From positions 1,728,001-1,792,000 of the forward strand of contig OY782041.1 of NCBI GenBank assembly GCA_963677595.1: DNA of 64,000 nucleotides. Reading direction: 5' to 3'. Made by a program: the position numbers and the translations under genes. A model generated the notes under the pieces. That model made no database searches, was not told where the DNA came from, and saw only the letters and a program-made list of their open reading frames with translations. The stretch comes from Spirochaetia bacterium (GTDB lineage: Bacteria > Spirochaetota > Spirochaetia > CAKZLE01). How positions within the stretch are numbered: the stretch's first letter is position 1; each line of letters starts with the position of its first letter. This document shows positions 10,374 to 19,550 of the stretch, in pieces.

Positions 10374-10736
10374 ATGACCACCGAGACGGCACAGAAGCGC
10401 CTTCAGGTACTTCGCCGCAAACAGCAGGAACTCGCCAAGGAACTGAGCACGATCGAATTTATCTGGTCAGGATCCATCTCCAAACGGTTTCTTACCTGCG
10501 GGAACCCCTCGTGCAAGTGTCATACAGACACTGAGGCCAAGCATGGACCGTATTACTATTGGACGACCAAAAAGGGCGGGAAGACCGTAGCCAGGAAGCT
10601 CACAGAGCAGCAGGCTGAGGTCCTCCAACCATGGATTGAGAACAGGAGAACCCTGGAGAAGACGATGAATGCCATGAAGAAGCTCTCTCAGGATGCGTAT
10701 GAAGCCATTTTGGTCCTCTTGGACGATGAAGGGTAG
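10374..10736 (+). CDS. DUF6788-like IS accessory protein (Cys/His cluster plus coiled coil)
   Basis: GSISKRFLTCGNPSCKCH...HGPYYYWT...GKT motif; GAGGAG RBS; inside the outer IS. Confidence 0.8.
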   Translation: MTTETAQKRLQVLRRKQQELAKELSTIEFIWSGSISKRFLTCGNPSCKCHTDTEAKHGPYYYWTTKKGGKTVARKLTEQQAEVLQPWIENRRTLEKTMNAMKKLSQDAYEAILVLLDDEG

Positions 10737-11084
10737 CGCTTTTTAAACCGATTTTAGCCCGAAATTAAATACCCGTTTTTTGCTGAGAAATAGTGAGGAA
10801 TGTGGGCTGTGAACAGAACTCGGAGATCAATGACTGTGCTACTCCCTTCCTCCTGGATTCAGGACCTACCCCCAGCTGCCAGACGAAGGCCGTGTTATCA
10901 CAGGTGCTGCTGACCAGCCCGGTGATCAGCCCCTGGATGCGGGAATCTTCTTCACAGATGAGGAACAGGTCTGTGAAATGGCTGCCGAGCACCCAGTAGG
11001 TGAAGAGGGTATGGAACCCCAGGGGCTCACACCGGGTGATGAACTCCCTGATGCGGGGAAGGTCAGTGTCTGTTACCGTTCGAA

Positions 11085-11546
11085 TCATGGCATGCTCTCC
11101 ATTAGGGTTCCCGCATGATCATCTCCTCCCACAAGCCATTCCAGGGCCCGTTCGAGCAGATCCTGTACGAACTGGGCTGTGTCGATACCCTGAGACTCCG
11201 CCATCTGGTCTATGGCCTTGAAGTAGCGTGATGGAGCAACAGCCATATATTCCCCGAACAGGGTCATACCCGGTGCATGGTCGAATGCTGCAGCCAGCCT
11301 GGCAATGAAGTCATAACTCGGGAGTCTGCCCATGTTCTCGAATCGTGAGATCACCGATTGCTTGGTATCCATCAGGGCTGCCAGGTCCTGTTGTGAGACC
11401 TTGTGCTCATAACGCAGTCTCTGGCTCTCGAGGATGATCTGGGAGAACCCGTTCCAGTAATCGATCTCACTGGTATCTCCCTCTTTGCGGATCCGGTACA
11501 TCAACTTCGAGACAGATTTAGGCTCTGCTACTTTCTTAGTTTCCAT
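11085..11546 (-). CDS. XRE-family HTH protein (HigA-like)
   Basis: LRYEHKVSQQDLAALMDTKQSVISRFEN; ATG 11546 has a GGAGGAG RBS; ATGA-coupled to the GNAT gene. Confidence 0.8.
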   Translation of the reverse strand: METKKVAEPKSVSKLMYRIRKEGDTSEIDYWNGFSQIILESQRLRYEHKVSQQDLAALMDTKQSVISRFENMGRLPSYDFIARLAAAFDHAPGMTLFGEYMAVAPSRYFKAIDQMAESQGIDTAQFVQDLLERALEWLVGGDDHAGTLMESMP

Positions 11547-11601
11547 TACAGACACTCCTCCGTTCTTCTCTGAGAACAAGAATCTCCCCTGTTTATATTT
11601 C

Positions 11602-11630
11602 ATAGTATAGCCAAAAGGCTATACAGTCAA
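11602..11630 (-). promoter_or_regulatory. Sigma-70 promoter with palindromic operator for the HTH-GNAT operon
   Basis: TTGACT-17-TACTAT on the - strand, with GTATAGCC-aaaa-GGCTATAC (11605-11624) spanning the spacer. Confidence 0.6.
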
Positions 11631-11835
11631 TCAATCCCGGTACGGCAACAGGACAAACGCATGAAATCGCGTACACTCTGAGGGCAGGATCACGAATCTG
11701 AATAATCGCAGGGAATGAATGGTTCAAATCAGGAAAATGATCATCCTCTGACAAAGAGCCCCCTCCCGATGCCTGAAGCAGTACCTATCGGGAGGGGAGA
11801 TTGAGGAAGGGGCTGTGAATTTCTTATGAGAACTC

Positions 11836-13170
11836 TTATTTCTTCTGTTTCTGCAAGGACTCATCTAATGCGGTGCGAATAGTCCGGTTATCACACATAC
11901 TCAACATCCTCTCAAGAACGTCCTCATAGGCCCAATGGAAGCCTCTCTTGATCTGACTGAGCGTCTTCGAATTCTCAAGGGGCTTCATCATCTTATACAG
12001 AGAAAGGGTCATCTTCTTTACCAGCGACAGATTGCCGCTAGCCGTACGATTGACCGTAGTATTCTCATCATCATAGAACATCACATCCAGGAACCCATGC
12101 AGGGAATTCTCGACCTGCCAATGTTCCCGGATCGCTTTTCCGCAGATCTGAGCATCGCCATCGAGACTGGTGATGTAATACCGAGTCTCCTGAGTCTTCT
12201 TCCCGGTATTGATCTTTTCGGTACGCTTATCAAACCGTATCACCGCTTTGATCCCTGCCCAGTCAGAGAAGAAACAGCGATCTTTCGCTTTCACGTTTGC
12301 TACCGTATAGACGCACTCTTCCATCTGCCCATGAGCTTTCTCCATCGTCCGGTAATATCTATCAGGATCATTCTCCGCCTGTTGGAGGTATTCAGGGGTG
12401 AAATAGGCAGCGCTCTCCTCCAGGAGTGTCTTCTGATTCCCTTTCAATCCACCAAGATAGTGCCCTTTCCCTTCGATGATGACATCGATCGTCCCTTTCT
12501 GCGTATTCAAGGCATCGAATGAGACCAGAGTCCCTCGTAAGTCCATCGTGGACAAGACCTCCTGTGCTTTGGGGATCTCATTGGATTTCTGATCTATCTG
12601 CACCGACTTCAGACAGATTCCGTTATAGGAGGAGTAGACATGCAACGTCTGAATATTCCGGATCGTTGTTCCTTCTGCATTCGTCATCCGACCAGATCCT
12701 CGAGCCTCCTTCCCATCCACACATATCTGCTTCAGCAGAGGTTCCGGTATCTTCAAAGCCTTTCGCAGGTCTTCCATGGCCTGCATGACGAACAGCACCA
12801 AGGCATCATTGAGTTGTCCCATATCGATGAGGGAGAAGACCCTGCAGAAGGTATCATGTGACGGAATCCCTGACTTCAGGGGAAGGAACTGACGAAAATA
12901 CTTCTCTTTGTATGTGCACATGGCTTCCATGTCCTGAAAGGTGACTGCGCCCCCCAAGACAGCGAAGAATGACAATACGATGATCTCCGAAAGAGGATAG
13001 GCGACCTTCCCTTGCATCCTCGGATCATCAACGTTCGTATCAAGGATACTCACTAATCGCTTGATGACCTTGCGAGTAGCCTTCCGCTCAGCCTGCCAAG
13101 GGCCGATCGTCCCCATCGCATCCTGTATCTCCATGAAGAGATCCATTCCTCTTGTAGTCTCTTGTGCCAT
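11836..13170 (-). CDS. ISAs1-family transposase
   Basis: DPR...V.YPL, GIPSHDTF.RVF, VDGK, KSNEI, FDAL, LKGNQ, IREHWQVENSLH; ATG 13170 has a GGAGG RBS. Confidence 0.93.
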   Translation of the reverse strand: MAQETTRGMDLFMEIQDAMGTIGPWQAERKATRKVIKRLVSILDTNVDDPRMQGKVAYPLSEIIVLSFFAVLGGAVTFQDMEAMCTYKEKYFRQFLPLKSGIPSHDTFCRVFSLIDMGQLNDALVLFVMQAMEDLRKALKIPEPLLKQICVDGKEARGSGRMTNAEGTTIRNIQTLHVYSSYNGICLKSVQIDQKSNEIPKAQEVLSTMDLRGTLVSFDALNTQKGTIDVIIEGKGHYLGGLKGNQKTLLEESAAYFTPEYLQQAENDPDRYYRTMEKAHGQMEECVYTVANVKAKDRCFFSDWAGIKAVIRFDKRTEKINTGKKTQETRYYITSLDGDAQICGKAIREHWQVENSLHGFLDVMFYDDENTTVNRTASGNLSLVKKMTLSLYKMMKPLENSKTLSQIKRGFHWAYEDVLERMLSMCDNRTIRTALDESLQKQKK

Positions 13171-13171
13171 G

Positions 13172-13789
13172 TTACACCTCCCAACGAAAATCATAGGTCT
13201 TTGCCAGCTCCCTACATGCTTGCGGCACGACGGCATTGACCCATTGCCCATTTACCCAGACCCTGGTGATGAAGGCAGCAGCATGCATCACCAGTGAAGC
13301 CTGTTCCCCGAAAACCGCCGTGAGTGTGGATCGCAAGGCCGTTGCCACTCGCCTCGCTTCTGCCTCCAGCAGAGGTGTCAGGGGGAAGGTGACATCAGGA
13401 TAGGCCATACTCACCCAATCACAGCTATACAGAAAAGAAGAAGCCTCCCCATAGATCACCTGAAGTATCGCAGAAGCAAGTACGGCAGCACCCGCATCAT
13501 CTCCCATGAGCTGAGGTATGCGCTGCAGGTTGGCTCGACAGAATCGCCAGAGGATCGCATATCCTCCACTACGAAGGGTACGCACCTCGCCCTTGATCTT
13601 GGGTTTTGTGGGGATCAGACCATCTTTCTCGGTGATGGTACCGATGTATTCATCAACGATACGTTTGACTTTCTTGGTGCCTTTCACCCGTTCTGAATGA
13701 CCGCGATAGATACGATAGGTTGAATCATTGACCTTGTTGACATACATGCCTTTCTGTTTATGTTTCATGACCCACGGTGGATAGGGCAT
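13172..13789 (-). CDS. IS accessory protein with a basic N-terminal domain resembling the N-terminus of IS4/IS1634-type transposases
   Basis: YRIYRGHSERVKG...YIGTITEKDGLIP; GGAGG RBS; inside the IRs, stop 1 nt from the transposase start. Confidence 0.7.
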   Translation of the reverse strand: MPYPPWVMKHKQKGMYVNKVNDSTYRIYRGHSERVKGTKKVKRIVDEYIGTITEKDGLIPTKPKIKGEVRTLRSGGYAILWRFCRANLQRIPQLMGDDAGAAVLASAILQVIYGEASSFLYSCDWVSMAYPDVTFPLTPLLEAEARRVATALRSTLTAVFGEQASLVMHAAAFITRVWVNGQWVNAVVPQACRELAKTYDFRWEV

Positions 13790-13801
13790 ACAACCTCCGA
13801 A

Positions 13802-13822
13802 GTATTACATACTATGTAATAC
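13802..13822. promoter_or_regulatory. Palindromic operator between the -10 (TATAAT, - strand) and the RBS of the ISAs1 operon
   Basis: GTATTACAT-act-ATGTAATAC, perfect 9-bp arms. Confidence 0.6.
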
Positions 13823-14024
13823 ATTATACAAGAAAACCATCAGAATTACCAGAAAATTTCTCATTTTCTTCAGTTTTTCCGATGGTTAGTTCTTTGCTGT
13901 TAATCAATTAGTTTTGTTTCATGCGTTTGTCCTGGTACGGCAACCTTCTCCCACCCCCGTCTCCCATTACGGTTTACTTGCCACCACTTCCATACTATAT
14001 TGAAAGGACAGGAGGCGATGTCAT

Positions 14025-15962
14025 ATGGATCAGGAGTATATGCAGGAAGAGTGGAAGGCGTTCATCGCGTCCGGGGAGATTCACCCTTCTGTCAGGGAAG
14101 AGATCGGTGAGTCCTGGAAGCGGAGCCGTGCACTCGGGATCGATTCCAACCACACCATAGGCAGGACCGTTCCTCCTGATGAGTTCGAGGTGATCAAGAA
14201 GCATAACCGGGACCTCCTCTTCTACTCCAAACCTATCATGGAGAACCTCTACCAGATCATCCAGGAGCATAATTCCATCATCTATGTCACGGATGCCGAC
14301 GCCGTCATCCTCGACCTGATCGGTGACCCGGAAGATATGGTTGTGATCAAGGAGGGCTACAACGTCTCTGCGGGAGTCCTCTGGAGCGAGGAGACCGTCG
14401 GGACCAACGCGATCTCCCTGGCCCTGCGGTACAAGAAGACCTACAGGACCGAGGGCTGTGAGCACTACTGCAGGGAACACCATTTCTTCAGCTGCTCGGT
14501 CGTCCCCATCCATGATGCAATGGGGGAGGTGATCGGGACACTGGTCAACACCTGCCTGAACGCGAAAGCGAGCAACCATACCCTCGGGATGGTCCAGGCA
14601 GCAGCCCAGCTGATCGAGAACGAGGTCGCCAGGGCCCGGCAGATCCAGTTCATGAAGGTCGGGATGAGCTCGATCTCCGAGGCAGTCATCATCACCGACA
14701 GTGCCGGGGACATCAGCTTCCTCAACGCCAAGGGGTGCACCTACCTCGGCTGCTCGGAGCGGAAGCTGCTGAGGAGACCCATCTCGTCGGTCATCCCCGA
14801 TGTCAGGTTCCCCGAGGTCACCGAGTCCCGGTACAACGTGAATTTCCATATCTTCGACGGCTCCGAGGAGATTCCCTGCGTGGGGAACTTCATCTACCTC
14901 GAGTACAATGGGGAGCAGATCGGGCTGGCCGCGGTGTTCCGCAAGGAACGCTCCATCAACACCTATATCAACAACCTCGTGGGGAACACGGCGAAATACC
15001 ACTTCTCCGACATCATCACGCGCAACCCGGCGATGCTGCGGGTCATCGAGGACGCGAAGAGGATCAGCGGCATCGACTGCACCGTCCTGATCAACGGGGA
15101 GAGCGGGACAGGGAAGGAACTCGTCGCCCAGGCGATCCATAACCAGAGCAAGAGAAGGGAAGGACCGTTCATTGCCGTGAACTGTGCAGCCCTCCCCCGG
15201 GACCTGGTCGAGAGCGAACTCTTCGGCTATGTGGCCGGTTCCTTCACCAGCGCGAAGAAGGGCGGCATGCTCGGCAAGTTCGAACTCGCCGATGGGGGAA
15301 CGCTCTTCCTAGACGAAATAGGCGAGCTCTCCATGGACATCCAGCCGAAGCTCCTGCGGGCCCTCGATTCCCACAAGATCAGCAAGATCGGGTCGAAGAA
15401 GGATAAGTACGTCGATGTCCGGGTAATCACTGCCACGAACAAGACCCTCGAGAGCGAGATCGCCGAAGGTGACTTCCGCCTCGACCTCTTCTACCGGATC
15501 AACACCGTGAACTTCATCATCCCGAGTCTCAATGAGCGCAGGGAGGATATACCCCTGCTGTGCCTTCACTTCCTCGAACAGCTGAACGCCGAGTTCGACA
15601 TGAAGGTGAGCGGCTTCGAGCCTGAGTTCATCGCAGCCCTCCAGGCCTATGAGTTCAAGGGGAACATCAGGGAGCTGCAGAACCTCATCAGCAGGGCCTT
15701 CTTCCTCTGTAGTGACGATACCATCGGGGTCGACCTGCTGCCGGCGAGCATCACCCGCAGTGCCGGAACTGCCGGCGTCACGACTTCCCAGCCTGACTCC
15801 GTCCCGATGACGGTGGGGACGAAGGAGAACATTGAGAAGGAGATGATCATCCGAGCCCTGCAGCAGGCCGGGAACAACGTCACCGAGGCCGCGAAGACCC
15901 TGAACATCGGGAAAGCCACCATCTACCGGAAGATCAAGAAGTACGGTATCAGCTACCGGTAG
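14025..15962 (+). CDS. Sigma-54-dependent activator, GAF-PAS-AAA-Fis (AcoR-like)
   Basis: SWKRS and GTNAI GAF motifs, GESGTGKE, ESELFGY..GSFTSA, LFLDEIGE, C-terminal Fis HTH. Confidence 0.93.
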   Translation: MDQEYMQEEWKAFIASGEIHPSVREEIGESWKRSRALGIDSNHTIGRTVPPDEFEVIKKHNRDLLFYSKPIMENLYQIIQEHNSIIYVTDADAVILDLIGDPEDMVVIKEGYNVSAGVLWSEETVGTNAISLALRYKKTYRTEGCEHYCREHHFFSCSVVPIHDAMGEVIGTLVNTCLNAKASNHTLGMVQAAAQLIENEVARARQIQFMKVGMSSISEAVIITDSAGDISFLNAKGCTYLGCSERKLLRRPISSVIPDVRFPEVTESRYNVNFHIFDGSEEIPCVGNFIYLEYNGEQIGLAAVFRKERSINTYINNLVGNTAKYHFSDIITRNPAMLRVIEDAKRISGIDCTVLINGESGTGKELVAQAIHNQSKRREGPFIAVNCAALPRDLVESELFGYVAGSFTSAKKGGMLGKFELADGGTLFLDEIGELSMDIQPKLLRALDSHKISKIGSKKDKYVDVRVITATNKTLESEIAEGDFRLDLFYRINTVNFIIPSLNERREDIPLLCLHFLEQLNAEFDMKVSGFEPEFIAALQAYEFKGNIRELQNLISRAFFLCSDDTIGVDLLPASITRSAGTAGVTTSQPDSVPMTVGTKENIEKEMIIRALQQAGNNVTEAAKTLNIGKATIYRKIKKYGISYR

Positions 15963-15979
15963 ACCCGTCTCATGCAATG

Positions 15980-16038
15980 TGTGTATCACAATGAGACGAC
16001 CGTCTCATTATGGTACTACCGTCTCATTGTGATACACA
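15980..16038. promoter_or_regulatory. Upstream activator sites: three GTnTCA-N3-TGnnAC boxes at 19-bp period
   Basis: Boxes at 15983, 16002 and 16021; the outer two form a 19-bp inverted repeat. Confidence 0.7.
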
Positions 16039-16134
16039 TTCTCCTGATACACCCATTTCCCCCTTTTTGCACATACCCCTCCCCAACCAGCCTGGAACCC
16101 ACAATCTCGTGATCATTTCCAGATCTCACGTTTT

Positions 16135-16150
16135 TGGCACGCATTATGCT
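16135..16150 (+). promoter_or_regulatory. Sigma-54 (-24/-12) promoter
   Basis: TGGCAC-GCATT-ATGCT upstream of the E1 alpha gene and downstream of a bEBP gene. Confidence 0.85.
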
Positions 16151-16196
16151 TTATAGATCTATGCAAATTATCAGCAAAAACAAGTGAGGATAAATT

Positions 16197-17177
16197 ATGG
16201 ATCTATCAAAAGAAAGGCTGTTGGAGTTCTACGACATGATGAACCGAATACGCCGTTTTGAAGAACAGTGCAAAGACAGCTTTGCCCTCGGTGAAGTCCA
16301 GGGGTTCGTACACCTGAGTATCGGAGAGGAAGCCGTACCTACCGGCGTGAGTGCCTGTTTGAACGCGGATGATTACATCACCAGTACCCACAGGGGACAC
16401 GGTCATGTACTGGCAAAGGGAGCTGACCCCAAGATCATGCTCGCAGAGCTCTGCGGTCGAGTCGACGGCTACAACAAGGGAAAGGGCGGATCGATGCACA
16501 TCGCCAACCGAGCCCTCGGTATCCTTGGTGCCAACGGTATCGTCGGTGCAGGACAGACCATCTCTGTCGGTGCGGCTCTTGCATCCAAGATCAAGAAAGA
16601 CGGCAAAGTGACTGTCTGCTACTTCGGTGACGGTGCAAGCAACGAAGGTTCCTTCCACGAGGCACTGAACTTCGCATCAGTACATAAGCTCCCGGTCATT
16701 TTCGCCTGCAGCAACAACATGTACGCGATCTCTACCCGGTTCCACCGTTCATCGAACAACGTGAACATCGCAGACCGTGCAGTCGGCTACGGGATCCCCG
16801 GGGTCATCGTGGACGGCAACGATGTGGTCGCAGTCTATGAGGAGACCCAGAAGGCTGTCGAACGGGCACGGAATGGTGAAGGCCCGACCCTCATGGAGTT
16901 CAAGACCTTCAAGCACCGAGGACACTTCGAGGGTGATGCAGCAGCATACCGACCGGTCGAGGAACTCGAGGAATGGCTGGCTAAGGACCCGCTCACGGTC
17001 ATGAAGGCCAAGCTCCTTGCTGACAAGGTCGCTACCGAGGAAGAGCTTGCAGTCATCGAGGAGAAGGCGATCGCTGAGATCGCAGCAGCCCGTGAGTTCG
17101 CATTGAACAGTCCCTTCGCGGATGAGACATCAGTTTTGAAAGACCTGTATTCCGACCTGGTCGAGGAGGGGAGATAA
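16197..17177 (+). CDS. acoA: TPP-dependent acetoin/2-oxoacid dehydrogenase E1 alpha
   Basis: GFVHLSIGEEA, STHRGHGH, GKGGSMH, GDGASNEG TPP motif, GHFEGD. Confidence 0.85.
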   Translation: MDLSKERLLEFYDMMNRIRRFEEQCKDSFALGEVQGFVHLSIGEEAVPTGVSACLNADDYITSTHRGHGHVLAKGADPKIMLAELCGRVDGYNKGKGGSMHIANRALGILGANGIVGAGQTISVGAALASKIKKDGKVTVCYFGDGASNEGSFHEALNFASVHKLPVIFACSNNMYAISTRFHRSSNNVNIADRAVGYGIPGVIVDGNDVVAVYEETQKAVERARNGEGPTLMEFKTFKHRGHFEGDAAAYRPVEELEEWLAKDPLTVMKAKLLADKVATEEELAVIEEKAIAEIAAAREFALNSPFADETSVLKDLYSDLVEEGR

Positions 17178-17178
17178 T

Positions 17179-18159
17179 ATGTTGATGAAACGAATGACCT
17201 ACGGAGCAGCGATCAACGCTGCCATTGATAAAGAGATGGAGCGCGATGAGCGGGTATTCTGCATCGGTGAGGACGTAGCCGTGATGGGCGGTTCCTTCGG
17301 TGTCACCCGTAACCTCCTTGAGAAGTATGGCGAGGAGCGGTGTATCGATACCCCGATCTCAGAAGAGCTGGTCGTCGGTGCCTCAATCGGCGCTGCCGCT
17401 ACCGGGCTCGTGCCTGTGGCCGAGATCATGTTCGGCGACTTCATGACCGCATGTATGGACCAGCTGGTGAACCAGGCTGCCAAGATGCGCTATATGTACG
17501 GCGGAGACATCTCGCTGCCGATGGTAGTACGGTTCCCAGGCGGCGGCGGTATCTCCGCAGCGGCACAGCACTCACAGAATCTCGAGGCATGGCTTGCCCA
17601 CGTACCGGGCCTGAAAGTCGTCTACCCCTCGACCCCTGAAGATGCGTATGGCCTGATGATGACTGCGATCAGGGATGACAACCCCGTCATGTTCTTCGAG
17701 CACAAGGTCCTCTACGGAAAGGGCGTGAAGATCGACCTCGATGCTGAGGCAATACCGTTCGGCAAGGCCCGGATCCATAAGGAAGGGACCGACATCACGC
17801 TCGTAGCAACCGGACTGTATGTGTCCAGGGCCCTGAAGGTCGCCAAGGCGATGGAAGCAGAGGGGATCAGCGTGGAAGTCATCGACCCGAGAACCCTCTA
17901 TCCCCTCGACAAACAGGCGATCCTTGACTCAGTCGCAAAGACCGGCCGGTTCATGGTCGTCACCGAGGAGTGCAAGCGGGGCGCATGGTCTGCTGAGCTC
18001 GCATCCATCGTGGCTGAAGAGGCGTTCGACAAGCTGAAGAAGCCGATCGCGCGGCTTGGCTCACTGAACGTTCCCGCACCGTTCTCTGGTAACCTCGAGA
18101 ACTATGTCATGCCGAGACAGGAAGACATAGAAGCAGCGATCAAGGGCCTGATGGCATAA
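17179..18159 (+). CDS. acoB: TPP-dependent dehydrogenase E1 beta
   Basis: GEDV, DTPISE, AEIMFGDF, AAQHSQ, FFEHK. Confidence 0.85.
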   Translation: MLMKRMTYGAAINAAIDKEMERDERVFCIGEDVAVMGGSFGVTRNLLEKYGEERCIDTPISEELVVGASIGAAATGLVPVAEIMFGDFMTACMDQLVNQAAKMRYMYGGDISLPMVVRFPGGGGISAAAQHSQNLEAWLAHVPGLKVVYPSTPEDAYGLMMTAIRDDNPVMFFEHKVLYGKGVKIDLDAEAIPFGKARIHKEGTDITLVATGLYVSRALKVAKAMEAEGISVEVIDPRTLYPLDKQAILDSVAKTGRFMVVTEECKRGAWSAELASIVAEEAFDKLKKPIARLGSLNVPAPFSGNLENYVMPRQEDIEAAIKGLMA

Positions 18160-18161
18160 CG

Positions 18162-19535
18162 ATGAAGATATCCATCATCGGGGGCGGACCCGGCGGCTAT
18201 GTGGCAGCACTCAAGGCTGCCATCCTGGGCGCCGAGGTCCACCTTGTGGAAAAGAAGCGGTTGGGGGGCACCTGCCTGAACCAAGGGTGCATCCCCACCA
18301 AGGCCTACTTAAGCTGTGCTGACCTGTACGACGGGATCATGAAGGCCCCGGGGTTCGGAATCGACCTGGCAGGGGAGGCTACCCTCGACTTCGGGAAGAT
18401 CTACCAGCGGAAGCATGCCGTGGTGAAGCAGCTCGTTGACGGGGTGACCTATCTGCTGAACAAGCGGAAGGTGACCGTCTACCAGGGAACCGGCTCACTG
18501 GTCTCGAACCATGCCGTCAAGGTGACCTTCGAGGACGGGCAGACCGAAACCATAGAGACTGACAGGATCATCATTGCGACCGGATCAGTACCGATCCTCC
18601 CGCCGCTCTTCAAGTTCGACGGGAAGCAGGTGATAAGCAGCGACGAAGCGCTGCAGCTCGATACCCTGCCTGCATCAATGATCATCGTCGGCGGGGGAGT
18701 CATCGGCTGTGAGTTCGGGCAGTTCTTCCGGAAGATGGGCGTGGAGGTCTCGATCGTCGAGATGCTGAAGACCCTGCTGCCCATGGAGGACCCAGATGTG
18801 TCGCAGATCCTCCAGAAGAAGATGAAGAAGGAGAAGGTGGCCTTCTACCTCGGCAAGGGCGTCGAGACCGTGGATGTGGGAGAGGGGTCAGTGACCTGCA
18901 CCCTCACCACTGGTGAGACGCTGACCGCGGAGAAGATACTCGTCTCCATCGGCAGGAGGGCGAATACCGCCTCGCTCGGGCTCGAGGAGCTCGGGATCGC
19001 AGTCGAACGGGGGAAGATCGTCGTCGATGAGACGATGAGGACCAGCCTCGAGGACGTATACGCGATCGGCGACGTGGTGGATACCCCGTTCCTGGCGCAC
19101 GTAGCCTCCAAGGAGGGCGTCGTCGCGGTGGAGAACATCATGGGCAGGCAGTCGAAGGCGCTCTACCATGCCGTGCCGAGATGCGTCTATACCGAACCGG
19201 AGATCGCCGCGGTAGGCATCACCGAGAAGGAAGCCGCCGCAAAGGGGATCGACTACCGGACCGGTAAGTTCATCTTTGCCGGGATCGGCAAGGCGATGGT
19301 GATCGGGAAGACCGAAGGCTTCGTGAAGGTCATCACCGATGAGGCCGACCGGATCATCGGGGCTTCGGTGACCGGGGCCCATGCGACAGACCTGCTTGCG
19401 GAGCTGACGCTCTGCGTGCACCTTGGTCTTACCGCGAAGGACCTCGGGGAGGTGATCCATCCCCACCCGACGCTGTCGGAAGCTATCATGGAGGCTGCTC
19501 ATGATGTACATAACGAAGCAGCCCATTCATTCTAA
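18162..19535 (+). CDS. lpdA: Dihydrolipoamide dehydrogenase (E3)
   Basis: GGGPGGY, GGTCLNQGCIP, HPHPTLSE. Confidence 0.95.
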   Translation: MKISIIGGGPGGYVAALKAAILGAEVHLVEKKRLGGTCLNQGCIPTKAYLSCADLYDGIMKAPGFGIDLAGEATLDFGKIYQRKHAVVKQLVDGVTYLLNKRKVTVYQGTGSLVSNHAVKVTFEDGQTETIETDRIIIATGSVPILPPLFKFDGKQVISSDEALQLDTLPASMIIVGGGVIGCEFGQFFRKMGVEVSIVEMLKTLLPMEDPDVSQILQKKMKKEKVAFYLGKGVETVDVGEGSVTCTLTTGETLTAEKILVSIGRRANTASLGLEELGIAVERGKIVVDETMRTSLEDVYAIGDVVDTPFLAHVASKEGVVAVENIMGRQSKALYHAVPRCVYTEPEIAAVGITEKEAAAKGIDYRTGKFIFAGIGKAMVIGKTEGFVKVITDEADRIIGASVTGAHATDLLAELTLCVHLGLTAKDLGEVIHPHPTLSEAIMEAAHDVHNEAAHSF

Positions 19536-19550
19536 CGAGGAGAGAGAACA

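Larger units (their letters stand above)
6198..10806 (-). mobile_element. IS1634-family insertion sequence (outer), with divergent DUF6788-like gene, interrupted by a second IS
   Basis: 15-bp perfect terminal IRs CCCACATTCCTCACT (6198-6212, 10792-10806); 6-bp TSD CTGTGA (6192-6197, 10807-10812). Confidence 0.92.
5994..11088 (-). pseudogene. EctA-like GNAT acetyltransferase split by an IS (5' part 11088-10807, 3' part 6191-5994)
   Basis: Removing 6198-10806 and one CTGTGA copy rejoins ...AFVWQLGVGPESRRKGVAQSLISEFCSQ|ASKLGAKHIQVTIEPDNLASLGAF... in frame (159 aa). Confidence 0.88.
11649..13934 (-). mobile_element. ISAs1-family insertion sequence with upstream accessory ORF
   Basis: 18-bp perfect IRs CAGGACAAACGCATGAAA; 9-bp TSD GTACGGCAA (11640-11648, 13935-13943). 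Confidence 0.92.

Noticed and set aside
11759-11797. ncRNA in the ISAs1 3' region
   Set aside because: A single 11-bp stem, more simply a terminator; no covariation evidence available.
13995-15140. Long antisense ORFs (also 21897-23144, 38271-39278, 34838-35638, 52578-53441, 56969-58207)
   Set aside because: Shadow frames opposite well-supported high-GC genes; no motifs or RBS.
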